From contig CAWAKC010000001.1 in the NCBI GenBank assembly GCA_963782525.1, positions 224,001 to 288,000 of the forward strand: a stretch of 64,000 nt of DNA. The letters are read 5' to 3'. The notes beneath the pieces are model-generated. The model saw only the letters and a program-made list of their open reading frames with translations. It had not been told where the DNA came from and did no database searches. Shown here in pieces: positions 28,808-37,970 of this stretch. The translations under genes were made by a program, and so were the position numbers. Position 1 is the stretch's first letter, and every line of letters starts with the position of its first letter. The DNA is from Candidatus Bathyarchaeota archaeon (GTDB lineage: Archaea > Thermoproteota > Bathyarchaeia > Bathyarchaeales > Bathycorpusculaceae).

Positions 28808-28831
28808 TTGCAATATTATTCAGTGCAATAT
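28808..28831. promoter_or_regulatory. putative PadR operator
   Basis: TTGCA-N11-TGCAA palindrome and TGCAATAT repeated at 15-bp spacing in the short divergent intergenic region. Confidence 0.4.
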
Positions 28832-28866
28832 ATAGCGGTAAAATATAAGTATTACCCATATACAAT

Positions 28867-29463
28867 ATGTTCCGAACCAAGATGCCGTCAGAAAACGAAG
28901 AAACGACCACATCCAACTGGATGAAAGAAGCCCAGAAAGGCTACATACGCATGGGCGTCCTTATCTTACTCAACAAAAAACCCAGTCACGGCTACGAAAT
29001 CATGAAAGAAATAAACAGCCGCACCAAAGGCTTTTGGCAACCAACCGCAGGCGGCGTCTACCCCATCTTGCGCGACCTCGAAAAGTCAGGATACATAAAA
29101 GGGCACTGGGAAACACAGAAAAACCGAAGATTGAAAGTGTACAAAATTACCCAGTCAGGCGAACTCATCCTAAGACACGCAATCGTAAAACAAACGGAAA
29201 TTTTCAATAACATCGGTGTTCTGTTCCGCGAGTTTTCCCGAGATGTTCTCAAAGTCGAAGCCACTGACAGTTCTATGCCGTCTATTCCTTCTCCTTTTAC
29301 GGCTTTCCTCGAGGAAGAAGTTGACGCAGACAAAAACCTCACACAACTTGAGCACCAAAGAAAACATATGCGTGAAACTGTGAAGGGGATGCAGGAACGA
29401 CTAAAACTGATTGATAAACGAATTGCGGGACTTAAGAAAGAAACTAAGACAGATTCCACCTGA
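28867..29463 (+). CDS. PadR family transcription regulator
   Basis: HGYEIMKEI, GGVYPILRDLEKSG, KVYKITQSG; C-terminal coiled coil. Confidence 0.92.
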   Translation: MFRTKMPSENEETTTSNWMKEAQKGYIRMGVLILLNKKPSHGYEIMKEINSRTKGFWQPTAGGVYPILRDLEKSGYIKGHWETQKNRRLKVYKITQSGELILRHAIVKQTEIFNNIGVLFREFSRDVLKVEATDSSMPSIPSPFTAFLEEEVDADKNLTQLEHQRKHMRETVKGMQERLKLIDKRIAGLKKETKTDST

Positions 29464-29586
29464 AAAAACATTTAGTTTTTTAAATTAGAAAACTCAACCA
29501 CGCTTTTTTGGGCGAAACGGTTTGGCGGTTGGTGTAAAGAATTAAATCTGTGACTGTCTAATGTTTTAGGAGAGAGTGAAGATAGC

Positions 29587-29910
29587 TTGTTTCGTGTTAG
29601 AGTCAACAAAATCGAATCTACCCGCGACTTAGACGGTAACCTTGGAAAAAGAATCGAACTGCTCGAAGAACGCGAAGTTAACCCATACATAGTAAGACCC
29701 CAATCTGACGAAGCCAAGATGGCGCAGGATATTATGCAGGCGCTTCAAACACAGATGCCATTTCTGCCTCAGCGCACTCAAATGGCGACGCCGAAAATAA
29801 TTCTGTTCTTAACCGAACAAGAATACGATAACTTGGGCATAACCTTCGATGTAAACCAGGTTTACGAGGTTGCCCTCGAGAACCAAGCAATTCGTTTTAG
29901 GAAAGTTTGA
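29587..29910 (+). CDS. Arcadin-1-like protein
   Basis: Pattern RIELLEE...PKIILFLTEQE...DVNQVYEVALEN resembles crenarchaeal Arcadin-1 as I recall it; needs HMM confirmation. Confidence 0.6.
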   Translation: MFRVRVNKIESTRDLDGNLGKRIELLEEREVNPYIVRPQSDEAKMAQDIMQALQTQMPFLPQRTQMATPKIILFLTEQEYDNLGITFDVNQVYEVALENQAIRFRKV

Positions 29911-30244
29911 GAAGTTCACTTCTCATTCCTTTAAGCACTGAATGCTTGGGATGAAACGAAAGAACAAACATCATGTTCCTGATTTTATCGCTTATTTCTG
30001 CTAACCCGGACATTTTGCCTTCATCACAATAGAGCGGTATGGGTTCGCCGGCATTCTCTTCGTAGTAGACGTAGATGGGTGAAGGTGCCCTGTCGATTCG
30101 AACCATCTCAAAATCTAAATTCAAACGTTTAGCAGTTTCTTTTGCAGCTGTCCTTACTGATTCAAGCCGTTTCCCGCTTGGAAGCCCGGTTGAGGCATAA
30201 ACCATCAGTTTTCCACAGTTTTCTTTAAACATGCTAATCATCAT
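29897..30244 (-). CDS. hypothetical protein
   Basis: 115-aa ORF with SD-like GGGGAG and ordinary composition. Confidence 0.7.
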   Translation of the reverse strand: MMISMFKENCGKLMVYASTGLPSGKRLESVRTAAKETAKRLNLDFEMVRIDRAPSPIYVYYEENAGEPIPLYCDEGKMSGLAEISDKIRNMMFVLSFHPKHSVLKGMRSELLKLS

Positions 30245-30418
30245 GCTCCCCTATCGTTGAAATCTCTTTTAAAACACTCTCGGCAACGACGGTTTCTGTC
30301 AGCGGAGGGTTCAGTGAAAGTGAACCCTTTGTACGCATGGATTGTTGCTGTGCAAGGGCAATCACAACGACTTAAATTCCAATTAAAAGCACCGTTATTA
30401 TGTAGAGGTGAAAAATAA

Positions 30419-30844
30419 ATGGCGATTGGCGAAAAACTATGGGAAGGTAAAGGCAAAAGTGGAGCAAGCTTCATAAAATCAGTTGGAATGGAAGGCGTAA
30501 CTTCGATGTACACGTGGACGGCTCAAATGAAAGGCATGGGGAAAGCTAAGGGCGTAGACTGCAACCTAAACGTGACGGGCAAAAGCATGACTCCTCCCAA
30601 AGGGTTAGCAGCATCAATGGACCAAGGCATGCTTATGACTATGACAGGGGATATGGCCGTGTTAAAAGGCTTTGATCTCATGAAGATGGTACCCGGCAAA
30701 AACCCTTCAAGCGTTGGTTTGTGGAGTTTCATGACTATGTCTGAGAAGCTGGGTTGGCTAAACGAAACAATTGCTCTAGTTACTTTTGAAGCGGCTGACC
30801 CAATGTGGATGGAAATGAACATTACAATCTGGGAATGGAAGTAG
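30419..30844 (+). CDS. hypothetical Met-rich beta-strand protein
   Basis: SD GAGGTG, 141 aa, followed closely by the glycosylase gene. Confidence 0.75.
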   Translation: MAIGEKLWEGKGKSGASFIKSVGMEGVTSMYTWTAQMKGMGKAKGVDCNLNVTGKSMTPPKGLAASMDQGMLMTMTGDMAVLKGFDLMKMVPGKNPSSVGLWSFMTMSEKLGWLNETIALVTFEAADPMWMEMNITIWEWK

Positions 30845-30853
30845 GCTGAATTT

Positions 30854-31312
30854 ATGCAAGAACACGAAACATGGAAGATGCCTGATTGGTGGTGCCGAAA
30901 CGAAAAACCAGCTAATGACAACGTTTATTTTGAGAAGATGTGCAGAGTGATTTTTCAAGCAGGTTTAAACTGGCAAGTCATCGACGGCAAATGGGCAACC
31001 ACAAAGAAGGCTTTTGCAAATTTTGACATCCAAGAAGTAGCTTGCTTTACAGACTCAGACGTTCAAAGACTCCTGCTTGACCCAGGGATAGTTCGCAACA
31101 AAGGCAAAATCAAAGCCATAATCCAGAACGCACAGAACTTTGTAGCCATCGAAAAACGTTACGGGTCATTCCAAAAATACATAGACAGCTTAGACAAATC
31201 CGACAACTACGCAAATGCAACCAAAGAGTTGGTCAACAGCTTCAAGTGGTTAGGTTCACCTTCCGCAAGTCTTTTCTTGTATACCGTGGGCGAAAAAATC
31301 GAGCCATGGTAA
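30854..31312 (+). CDS. tag: DNA-3-methyladenine glycosylase I family
   Basis: FQAGLNW, AFANFD, GIVRNKGKIKA, FKWLG motifs. Confidence 0.85.
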   Translation: MQEHETWKMPDWWCRNEKPANDNVYFEKMCRVIFQAGLNWQVIDGKWATTKKAFANFDIQEVACFTDSDVQRLLLDPGIVRNKGKIKAIIQNAQNFVAIEKRYGSFQKYIDSLDKSDNYANATKELVNSFKWLGSPSASLFLYTVGEKIEPW

Positions 31313-31380
31313 AAACACCTTTTCCTTTTTTGTTAAAATTATATTTTTAAAGATAAACTTCTATCTTAACCTGAGAAAAA

Positions 31381-31656
31381 ATGGTAAACGTTAGAGCACA
31401 CATTTTTGTCAGTGGCAGAGTTCAGGGTGTTTTCTTTAGGCAAAGCACTCAACTGCAAGCTCAAAACTCAGGTGTTAAAGGTTGGGCAAGAAACTTATCG
31501 GATGGAAGAGTGGAAGCTGTTTTTGAAGGCGACAAATCAGCCGTCCAGAAGTTAGTTGATTATTGCTGGCATGGCCCCCTCGCTGCAAAAGTAGAAAACA
31601 TTGAAATTAACTATGAATTGTACAAGGGCGAATTTTCAGGTTTTGAAACATTCTAG
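31381..31656 (+). CDS. acyP: acylphosphatase
   Basis: GRVQGVFFR and GWARNLSDGRVE motifs. Confidence 0.95.
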   Translation: MVNVRAHIFVSGRVQGVFFRQSTQLQAQNSGVKGWARNLSDGRVEAVFEGDKSAVQKLVDYCWHGPLAAKVENIEINYELYKGEFSGFETF

Positions 31657-31657
31657 C

Positions 31658-32086
31658 CTAAGCTTTTTTCTTGGGCACCCTAAAATGTGAATCTTTTCCA
31701 GCGCTAATGTATTCGCCTCCCATTCCGCGCACTGCTGAAGCGATTTTAGCAAAGTTTTCGGAACCCAGAAACTGTTTGGGTTTAATTATGATGTAATCTC
31801 CTTTTTCGTCGAAGCTCAGGCGGCTTTCGAGTTCTTCTGGGAACGACATGCGGATGTCGTCGAGGGTTCTCATCTTCGAGGATTCACGCGGCGCAATTGT
31901 CGGTGGTTGTGCAATTGGGGCTTGGGGTGCTGGCGAGCGGGCGGGAGGCTGAGTGATCTGCCCTACTGCAAGAGACTTCAGGGATGCGGAAACTGAACGG
32001 AGTTCCTCAGAAATCTTGTTTATTGAAGCAGACATTTCGTCAACTTTTTCCAACAGTTGATTGAGTTTTTCCTTGTCAGTGCTCAC
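31658..32086 (-). CDS. hypothetical protein (coiled coil, Pro-rich linker, compact C-terminal domain)
   Basis: SD GAGG and clear modular composition. Confidence 0.75.
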   Translation of the reverse strand: MSTDKEKLNQLLEKVDEMSASINKISEELRSVSASLKSLAVGQITQPPARSPAPQAPIAQPPTIAPRESSKMRTLDDIRMSFPEELESRLSFDEKGDYIIIKPKQFLGSENFAKIASAVRGMGGEYISAGKDSHFRVPKKKA

Positions 32087-32167
32087 AAATGCTTCCTCTT
32101 AAACTCCTAAATAACCCCAGAAGCTTATTAATTGTTTGCAAACAAGCCAAAGTGGAGATCCTGCCTG

Positions 32168-33199
32168 ATGGAAATTGATGGGAGCCAAAAAAGTGGGAGC
32201 GGCACAATCCTACGCATCTCAGTAGCCATGGCAGCTATCTCTAACCAGCCTCTTCACATAACCAACATCCGCCAAAACCGTCCCCAACCAGGATTAAAAC
32301 CTCAGCATCTTGAGGCTGTATTGACTGCGGGAAAACTCTGCAACGCCAAAATCGAAGGAGCCCATTTAGGCTCGAAAGAACTCCGGTTTACCCCACAGGA
32401 GATAAGGGGAGGCAACGTTGAAGCTTTAATTGAAACAGCGGGAAGCATCCCTATGCTGCTGTTGGCGACATTGCCGATTTGTTTGTTCGCCAAGAATCCT
32501 GTACGGTTGCATGTTGCTAAGGGCGGAACAGACACCACTCACGCGCCAACCATCAACTACCTTCGTTTTATATTTCTTCCAGCGCTTAAGCAGATGGGCG
32601 TTGACGCTGAAATTACAGTTCAAAAATACGGGTACTACCCAAAAGGCATGGGAGAAGCAACAATGACAGTTAAACCAAACTGCCACCTAAAACCCATAGA
32701 AATAGAAACTTTCGGCAAACTAAAAAACATTAACGGCGTTTCCGTCTGCACTTTTCTGGCTGATAGACAGGTAGCTGAGCGCCAAGCAAAAGCAGCTCAA
32801 GATCACCTTGCCCAGTACGGCTATTCGGCAGATATCAAAGTTGTAAATGACCAATCTAATCCCATCCAAAAGGGTAGTTCAATCGTTTTATGGGCTGAAA
32901 CCGATACGGATGCGATCGTGGGTTCCGATTCTATTGGGGAACTTAGAAAAATGAGCGAAGCAGTGGGTAAAGAAGCCGCACAAAGACTTCTCGCGGAACT
33001 CTCTGTAAAGCCGACGGTGGATATTTTCCTTGCAGATATGCTTATTCCATACATGGCTCTGGCAAAGGGTAAGTCGTCCTTTTTGTGTCGAACCGTCTCT
33101 GAACACATCGAATCGAACATTTGGCTCATGGAAAAAATGTTAAACGTCAAGTTCACAATCGAAAAAGTAAACAACCTCTACCGAATACAAAAAAGCTGA
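32168..33199 (+). CDS. rtcA: RNA 3'-terminal phosphate cyclase
   Basis: EIDGS...GTILR, RPQPGLKPQH, GGTD, GYYPKGMG, DMLIPYMALA motifs. Confidence 0.92.
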   Translation: MEIDGSQKSGSGTILRISVAMAAISNQPLHITNIRQNRPQPGLKPQHLEAVLTAGKLCNAKIEGAHLGSKELRFTPQEIRGGNVEALIETAGSIPMLLLATLPICLFAKNPVRLHVAKGGTDTTHAPTINYLRFIFLPALKQMGVDAEITVQKYGYYPKGMGEATMTVKPNCHLKPIEIETFGKLKNINGVSVCTFLADRQVAERQAKAAQDHLAQYGYSADIKVVNDQSNPIQKGSSIVLWAETDTDAIVGSDSIGELRKMSEAVGKEAAQRLLAELSVKPTVDIFLADMLIPYMALAKGKSSFLCRTVSEHIESNIWLMEKMLNVKFTIEKVNNLYRIQKS

Positions 33200-33205
33200 A
33201 CACAT

Positions 33206-34276
33206 ATGCCCCGACCATCCGTTTGCATCAAAGTTCCGAAAAATCTAGGCGAAAAAACCCTAACGTTAGCAATCAAACTTGGGCTTGCCGACAAATCGCT
33301 GGTTATTCAACGGGAAGAAGACAGCCTCATCATTCCCCTATTCAGGGAGCCCCAAGGGATTGAGTTAACAACTCTGGAAAGCCAGATTCCAAAATTCAAG
33401 CTCTACACCGCTGTTTTCAGCGAAAAACAGCTCCCGCCAGAAACCCTAACCCAAGTTCTAGAAGACAAACTGCCTCCTGAATTGCTCGCTAAAGTTCCCC
33501 AAGCGTTCGACATAATCGGCGACATAGTAGTTATTGATATCCCACCCCAACTCAAAGCGTACCAGAAGACAATCGGCGAAGCAATCTTACAAACCCAAAA
33601 AAACGTCACAACCGTCCTTGCCAAAGCAAGCGACATCAGCGGCGTGTTTCGCATCCGAGACTACGATTTCATCGCTGGGGAACACAAAACTCAAACCATC
33701 CACCGCGAATTCGGCTGCCAGTACCACGTTGACATAGCAAAAGCATACTTTTCTCCACGGTTATCCCATGAACATGAGCGGGTGGCCGTACAGGTGCAGG
33801 ATGGCGAAAAGGTAGCAGATTTGTTTGCTGGAGTTGGCCCTTTCTCAGTGCTAATTGGCAAGAGGAATCCAACAGTGAAGGTTTACGCCGTTGACCTCAA
33901 TCCCGACGCTGTTGAACTGCTTAAGGTGAACGTGAGGGTTAACAGGGTTGAAGGTCACGTCTTCCCCATACTCGCCGATGCCAGAGAAATCTCTCAAATC
34001 AAGCTAAAGGGCGCCGCCGACCGAGTAATCATGAATCTCCCCGAAACCGCCATAGATTTTGTAGATGCTGCCTGCAATGCAATCAAGCCAGAAGGTGGGA
34101 TAGTTCACTTTTATGGGTTTGTCAGAGCCCCTGACACAATAGAAAACCTCAAGCAACGCTTTATTGAATTAGTGAAAAAGAATGGGCGAAAAGTCGAGAC
34201 ATTTACTTATGCCAAAAGCATCCGTGAGACCGCTCCTTTTGAGTCACAGGTTGTGTTAGACGCCCAAATCCGTTAG
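33206..34276 (+). CDS. Trm5/Tyw2-family tRNA methyltransferase
   Basis: FDIIGDI, YFSPRL, DLFAGVGPF, RVIMNLP motifs. Confidence 0.88.
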   Translation: MPRPSVCIKVPKNLGEKTLTLAIKLGLADKSLVIQREEDSLIIPLFREPQGIELTTLESQIPKFKLYTAVFSEKQLPPETLTQVLEDKLPPELLAKVPQAFDIIGDIVVIDIPPQLKAYQKTIGEAILQTQKNVTTVLAKASDISGVFRIRDYDFIAGEHKTQTIHREFGCQYHVDIAKAYFSPRLSHEHERVAVQVQDGEKVADLFAGVGPFSVLIGKRNPTVKVYAVDLNPDAVELLKVNVRVNRVEGHVFPILADAREISQIKLKGAADRVIMNLPETAIDFVDAACNAIKPEGGIVHFYGFVRAPDTIENLKQRFIELVKKNGRKVETFTYAKSIRETAPFESQVVLDAQIR

Positions 34277-34707
34277 CTCTCGACGTTTAAGGTTAACCTG
34301 ACTTTTTGTTCAGGGTCCTGAAGTTTTTCTACAAGAGCTCTTGGCAAATCAACAGAGGATTTGTCAGCGCAGATCGCCAGAGTTCGACTGCATACATAGT
34401 CACTTTTCCTAATCACTATATCCGTTTGGTGGCACAGACAGAGTTTAGGAGAGCCAAGAGCTTTGATTTCTTCTTTGAAGTCGCCTGCTTCGATAGTGAT
34501 GGTAACTTTTGCATTTAGCTTTCGCAGTTCCTGCTTAAATTGGATGCTTAAATCTGCAACCGATTTTTCCGCTGACAATGCAACGATGCAGTCGCCTTTC
34601 TTTGAAATATGAATATCCTTGGTAAACATCAGCGTTGTAGGGTGGACCGCTTGAATGTTTGGGTGTCCCAACGCCCAGAACGTTTCTGTTATTTGTTTGG
34701 GGCTCAA
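34273..34707 (-). CDS. DUF371 family protein
   Basis: GHPNIQAVHPTT, GDCI, RKSDY, ADKS motifs. Confidence 0.82.
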   Translation of the reverse strand: MSPKQITETFWALGHPNIQAVHPTTLMFTKDIHISKKGDCIVALSAEKSVADLSIQFKQELRKLNAKVTITIEAGDFKEEIKALGSPKLCLCHQTDIVIRKSDYVCSRTLAICADKSSVDLPRALVEKLQDPEQKVRLTLNVES

Positions 34708-35670
34708 TTACTCGTTAACCTCAATCGAATCCACTTTACCATCCCCATCCAAATCAAACCCTTGAATAGCAACTGCGAAGGTATCTTCGCCCTTGTATTT
34801 TTCAAGGGTTTTCTTCCAAAAATTGGTTATTGCCAACACACACGCTTTGGTTCCAACTGCTTTGTTGCCAGCCAAAACCACTATTCGTTTGGTGGTGTCC
34901 CATGGATTAACGATTTTCGCAACCACACCTGAAACATCGGAAGTATAAACCTGCGCTGTCTTCGTTGAAGATAAACCACCTAGCAAAAACCCCTGCCCCG
35001 AAGATTGCATGATGAATTTTATGGGCAAATAATCGTTAACTTCCTGCGTCAACAGGTTTGTGCCTGGTCCGCCGACGAGGATGAGGTTGTTTTTTTCCTC
35101 CTTCTCCACCTTCACATCAACGTCCAATTTTACCGCAAACTCTGTTGGCATTTTGGCGAATTGCCCTAGAAAAAGCGCTAAGTGAGCTGCATAGTGACCG
35201 TCTCGAGCGCTGGTTTTGAAGGGTCCATGCGGCTGAGGGCTACCGACCACGATTTTTCCGTCGAAGGTGCCGTTATCAATGAATTCCTTGAAGAACTTCT
35301 GCAGTGGCTCGTCGAGGCTTAGTGTGCAAAGGTTCTGGATTGGCTTATAGCCTTGCGGGAATTCGATTCCGAAGGCTGGCGAAACAGTTTTGTAATATTT
35401 TGCTGTTGCGCCCTTCTTTTTTTCTTCACGCACGACCACAATGGCGCCTGCTTTGGCGAGTATTCTTATATGATAATAAATTTTTTGTTCATGCATGCCA
35501 AGTTGTTTGGCGATTTCTAAGGGGTACATTTCTTTTTTTGAGAGTATGGTGAGGATTTTCCAGCTGAGGTTGCCGAGTATCATTTTTAATTTTTGGGAGT
35601 CTGTTAGGACGCTTATTTCTTTTACTTCTTGGGTGTTGTCGTGGTCTTGGAGGAGAAGTTTTCTTTGCAT
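34708..35670 (-). CDS. ArsR-type HTH regulator with large C-terminal domain, divergent from glmS
   Basis: N-terminal HTH (YPLEIAKQLG...IYYHIRIL); C-terminal NLILVGGP-type domain. Confidence 0.8.
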   Translation of the reverse strand: MQRKLLLQDHDNTQEVKEISVLTDSQKLKMILGNLSWKILTILSKKEMYPLEIAKQLGMHEQKIYYHIRILAKAGAIVVVREEKKKGATAKYYKTVSPAFGIEFPQGYKPIQNLCTLSLDEPLQKFFKEFIDNGTFDGKIVVGSPQPHGPFKTSARDGHYAAHLALFLGQFAKMPTEFAVKLDVDVKVEKEEKNNLILVGGPGTNLLTQEVNDYLPIKFIMQSSGQGFLLGGLSSTKTAQVYTSDVSGVVAKIVNPWDTTKRIVVLAGNKAVGTKACVLAITNFWKKTLEKYKGEDTFAVAIQGFDLDGDGKVDSIEVNE

Positions 35671-35696
35671 TTTGTTCGATAGGATTAGGCAATGGT

Positions 35697-35807
35697 ACTA
35701 TAAAAAATTTATTTGTAGTGGTTCAAAAAATGGGTCAAAATATAGTTTGCACGCTTCTGTTTGCATGCAAATTTGATGATAACTATTAAAAAAAACTTTT
35801 TAGTAGT
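35697..35807. promoter_or_regulatory. paired palindromic operator candidates
   Basis: Two ACTA-N15-TAGT boxes (35697-35719, 35782-35804) flanking the perfect palindrome TTTGCATGCAAA (35760-35771). Confidence 0.5.
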
Positions 35808-35892
35808 CAAACTAGTATATTAAAAATCCTTATTAACAAAACTCAAACTTCATAAGACATCAACATAATTATCACTCGAAGGCATCAAAAAA

Positions 35893-37722
35893 ATGTGTGG
35901 AATATTTGGCTGTATTTTAAAAGAAGGAAACGCTGCACCCCTTATCCATTCCTCGCTAAAACATCTTGAATACCGAGGTTACGACTCAGTCGGCATAGCA
36001 ACAATCTCAGACGGAAAAATCTTCATAAAAAAAGATGCAGGCAAAATAGATGAAGTAGACAAAATTGTCAACCTTGATGACATGTCAGGCAGTATAGGCA
36101 TCGGACACACACGCTGGGCAACACATGGCGCACCCCTGAAGGTTAACTCTCACCCACACATAGACTGCAAAGGCGAAATCGTCGTCGTCCATAACGGCAT
36201 CATCGAAAACTTCATGGAACTAAAAGAGGAACTTGAAGACTTAGGCCATACGTTTGTTTCAAAAACAGATACCGAAGTCATGCCTCATCTAATTGAGGAA
36301 ACGCTAAAACAAAACCCTAACCTCACTCTCCAACAAGCCGTTTTAGCCAGCCTCAAACGAATTGAAGGCTCCTACGCGTTCGCCATAATATCCACACGCG
36401 AGCCAGACAAGATAATCTGCGCCCGAAACGAAAGTCCCCTCGTGTTAGGGATCAACGGTAAAGGCATCTTCTGCGCCAGTGATATTCCAGCGTTTTTGGA
36501 AGTTACCAACAAAGCCGTCATGATAAATAACGGAGAACTCGTCATTCTTACCGCTGGCGGTTATGAAATCCGCAAAATCTCCGATAACAGTCCCATTATA
36601 CGCGATCCCATAACTGTGGAGTGGACCGCAGAGATGGCGGTGAAGCAGGGTTATCCACACTTTATGATTAAAGAAATCCATGAGCAACCCGAAACCCTGC
36701 GCAACACCCTCCGAATACAGGACCACTACTTGGATCTGCTCTCTACTTTCCTTGACCGCGCCAACGAAGTTTTCTTGGTTGCCTGCGGAACAAGCTACCA
36801 CGCATGTTTAGCAGCTTCATACATGTTCTCTAAACTGGCGTTCTTGCCTGCCTACCCTGTTTACGCCTCTGAGTTTTTGGAGCAATACGGCAAATCCGTT
36901 AACATCGACAGTACTATATTGGCTGTGAGTCAATCAGGCGAAACTGCAGATACAATTGCCGCTGTGTCTTGTGCACAGCAGCGCGCAGCAACCGTGCTAA
37001 GCTTAACTAACGTAATCGGCTCAACTATGACTCGTATTTCCCGAGTATACATCGGAACGCAGGCAGGTCCAGAAATCGGCGTCGCCGCAACCAAAACCTT
37101 CACTTCGCAACTTTCTGTCTTAGCTCAACTCGCTTTGAAGTTATCAAAGAAGCGGGGCAAAATTTCCCAAGACGAAATTGACATCCTAGAAGAGAATCTC
37201 AGAAAGATGCCTGAAGACGTCGATACTATTGTTCGGACACAAGAAGAAAAGATTAAACAAATCGCCAAAAAATATGCAACTTCTAAAGTGTTCTTCTTCC
37301 TGGGCAGAGGCATAAGCACCGCCACTGCGTTTGAAGGCAGACTCAAACTCATGGAAATTGCCTACATCCCATCCATAGCGTTCCCCGCAGGCGAAAGCAA
37401 ACATGGTCCAATCAGCCTAATCGAAGAAGGCTTCCCAGTAGTGTTTGTTTGTCCCAGTGATGACACCCATAAAACAGTCATTGGCAACATCATGGAAATG
37501 AAAGCCCGAGGCGCCCACATAATCTCCATTGTCGAGGAGGGCGACGAAGAAATCAAATCTTTATCAGAAGAATACATAGAGGTACCTAAGGGCATTCCAA
37601 GTGTGCTCTCGCCTATTCCGTTTGCGGTTCCGTTGCAGTTGCTGGCGTACTATGTGTCTTTGGAGAAAGGCGTTAACCCTGATATGCCAAGAAACCTGGC
37701 GAAGTCGGTTACCGTAAAGTAA
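35893..37722 (+). CDS. glmS: glutamine--fructose-6-phosphate transaminase (isomerizing)
   Basis: MCGI, EYRGYDS, GHTRWATHG, SQSGETADT, PRNLAKSVT motifs. Confidence 0.97.
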   Translation: MCGIFGCILKEGNAAPLIHSSLKHLEYRGYDSVGIATISDGKIFIKKDAGKIDEVDKIVNLDDMSGSIGIGHTRWATHGAPLKVNSHPHIDCKGEIVVVHNGIIENFMELKEELEDLGHTFVSKTDTEVMPHLIEETLKQNPNLTLQQAVLASLKRIEGSYAFAIISTREPDKIICARNESPLVLGINGKGIFCASDIPAFLEVTNKAVMINNGELVILTAGGYEIRKISDNSPIIRDPITVEWTAEMAVKQGYPHFMIKEIHEQPETLRNTLRIQDHYLDLLSTFLDRANEVFLVACGTSYHACLAASYMFSKLAFLPAYPVYASEFLEQYGKSVNIDSTILAVSQSGETADTIAAVSCAQQRAATVLSLTNVIGSTMTRISRVYIGTQAGPEIGVAATKTFTSQLSVLAQLALKLSKKRGKISQDEIDILEENLRKMPEDVDTIVRTQEEKIKQIAKKYATSKVFFFLGRGISTATAFEGRLKLMEIAYIPSIAFPAGESKHGPISLIEEGFPVVFVCPSDDTHKTVIGNIMEMKARGAHIISIVEEGDEEIKSLSEEYIEVPKGIPSVLSPIPFAVPLQLLAYYVSLEKGVNPDMPRNLAKSVTVK

Positions 37723-37747
37723 CCAATTTCTCTTTTTACTCTTTTAC
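37723..37747 (+). terminator. T-rich archaeal terminator candidate
   Basis: TTTCTCTTTTTACTCTTTTAC right after the glmS stop. Confidence 0.45.
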
Positions 37748-37819
37748 TCGCCCTGACTTATTTAAAGCTCCAAAGAGGTAACAGAAAACTTTTAAACACA
37801 AATTTAGTTTTCTTCCCTT

Positions 37820-37964
37820 ATGAGCGACCTACTTAGCCAAGATGCAATCCTAAGTGCAAAGCTTCTCAAAACATGCGCTACATGTGGACACCCAAGAGGG
37901 ACTTCATCAACAAGACCAACAATGTACTGTTAAAGGCTGCACGTGCCAAAAATTCATCCAGTAG
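37820..37964 (+). pseudogene. small Cys/His zinc-binding protein interrupted by an apparent 1-nt insertion
   Basis: Removing one G at 37898-37900 gives the 47-aa MSDLLSQDAILSAKLLKTCATCGHPRGLHQQDQQCTVKGCTCQKFIQ*; TTTTAAAC box about 25 nt upstream. Confidence 0.55.
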
Positions 37965-37970
37965 ATTAGA

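Noticed and set aside
30241-30513. 90-aa Cys-containing minus-strand ORF
   Set aside because: Overlaps the better-supported gene at 30419 and spans the divergent promoter region.
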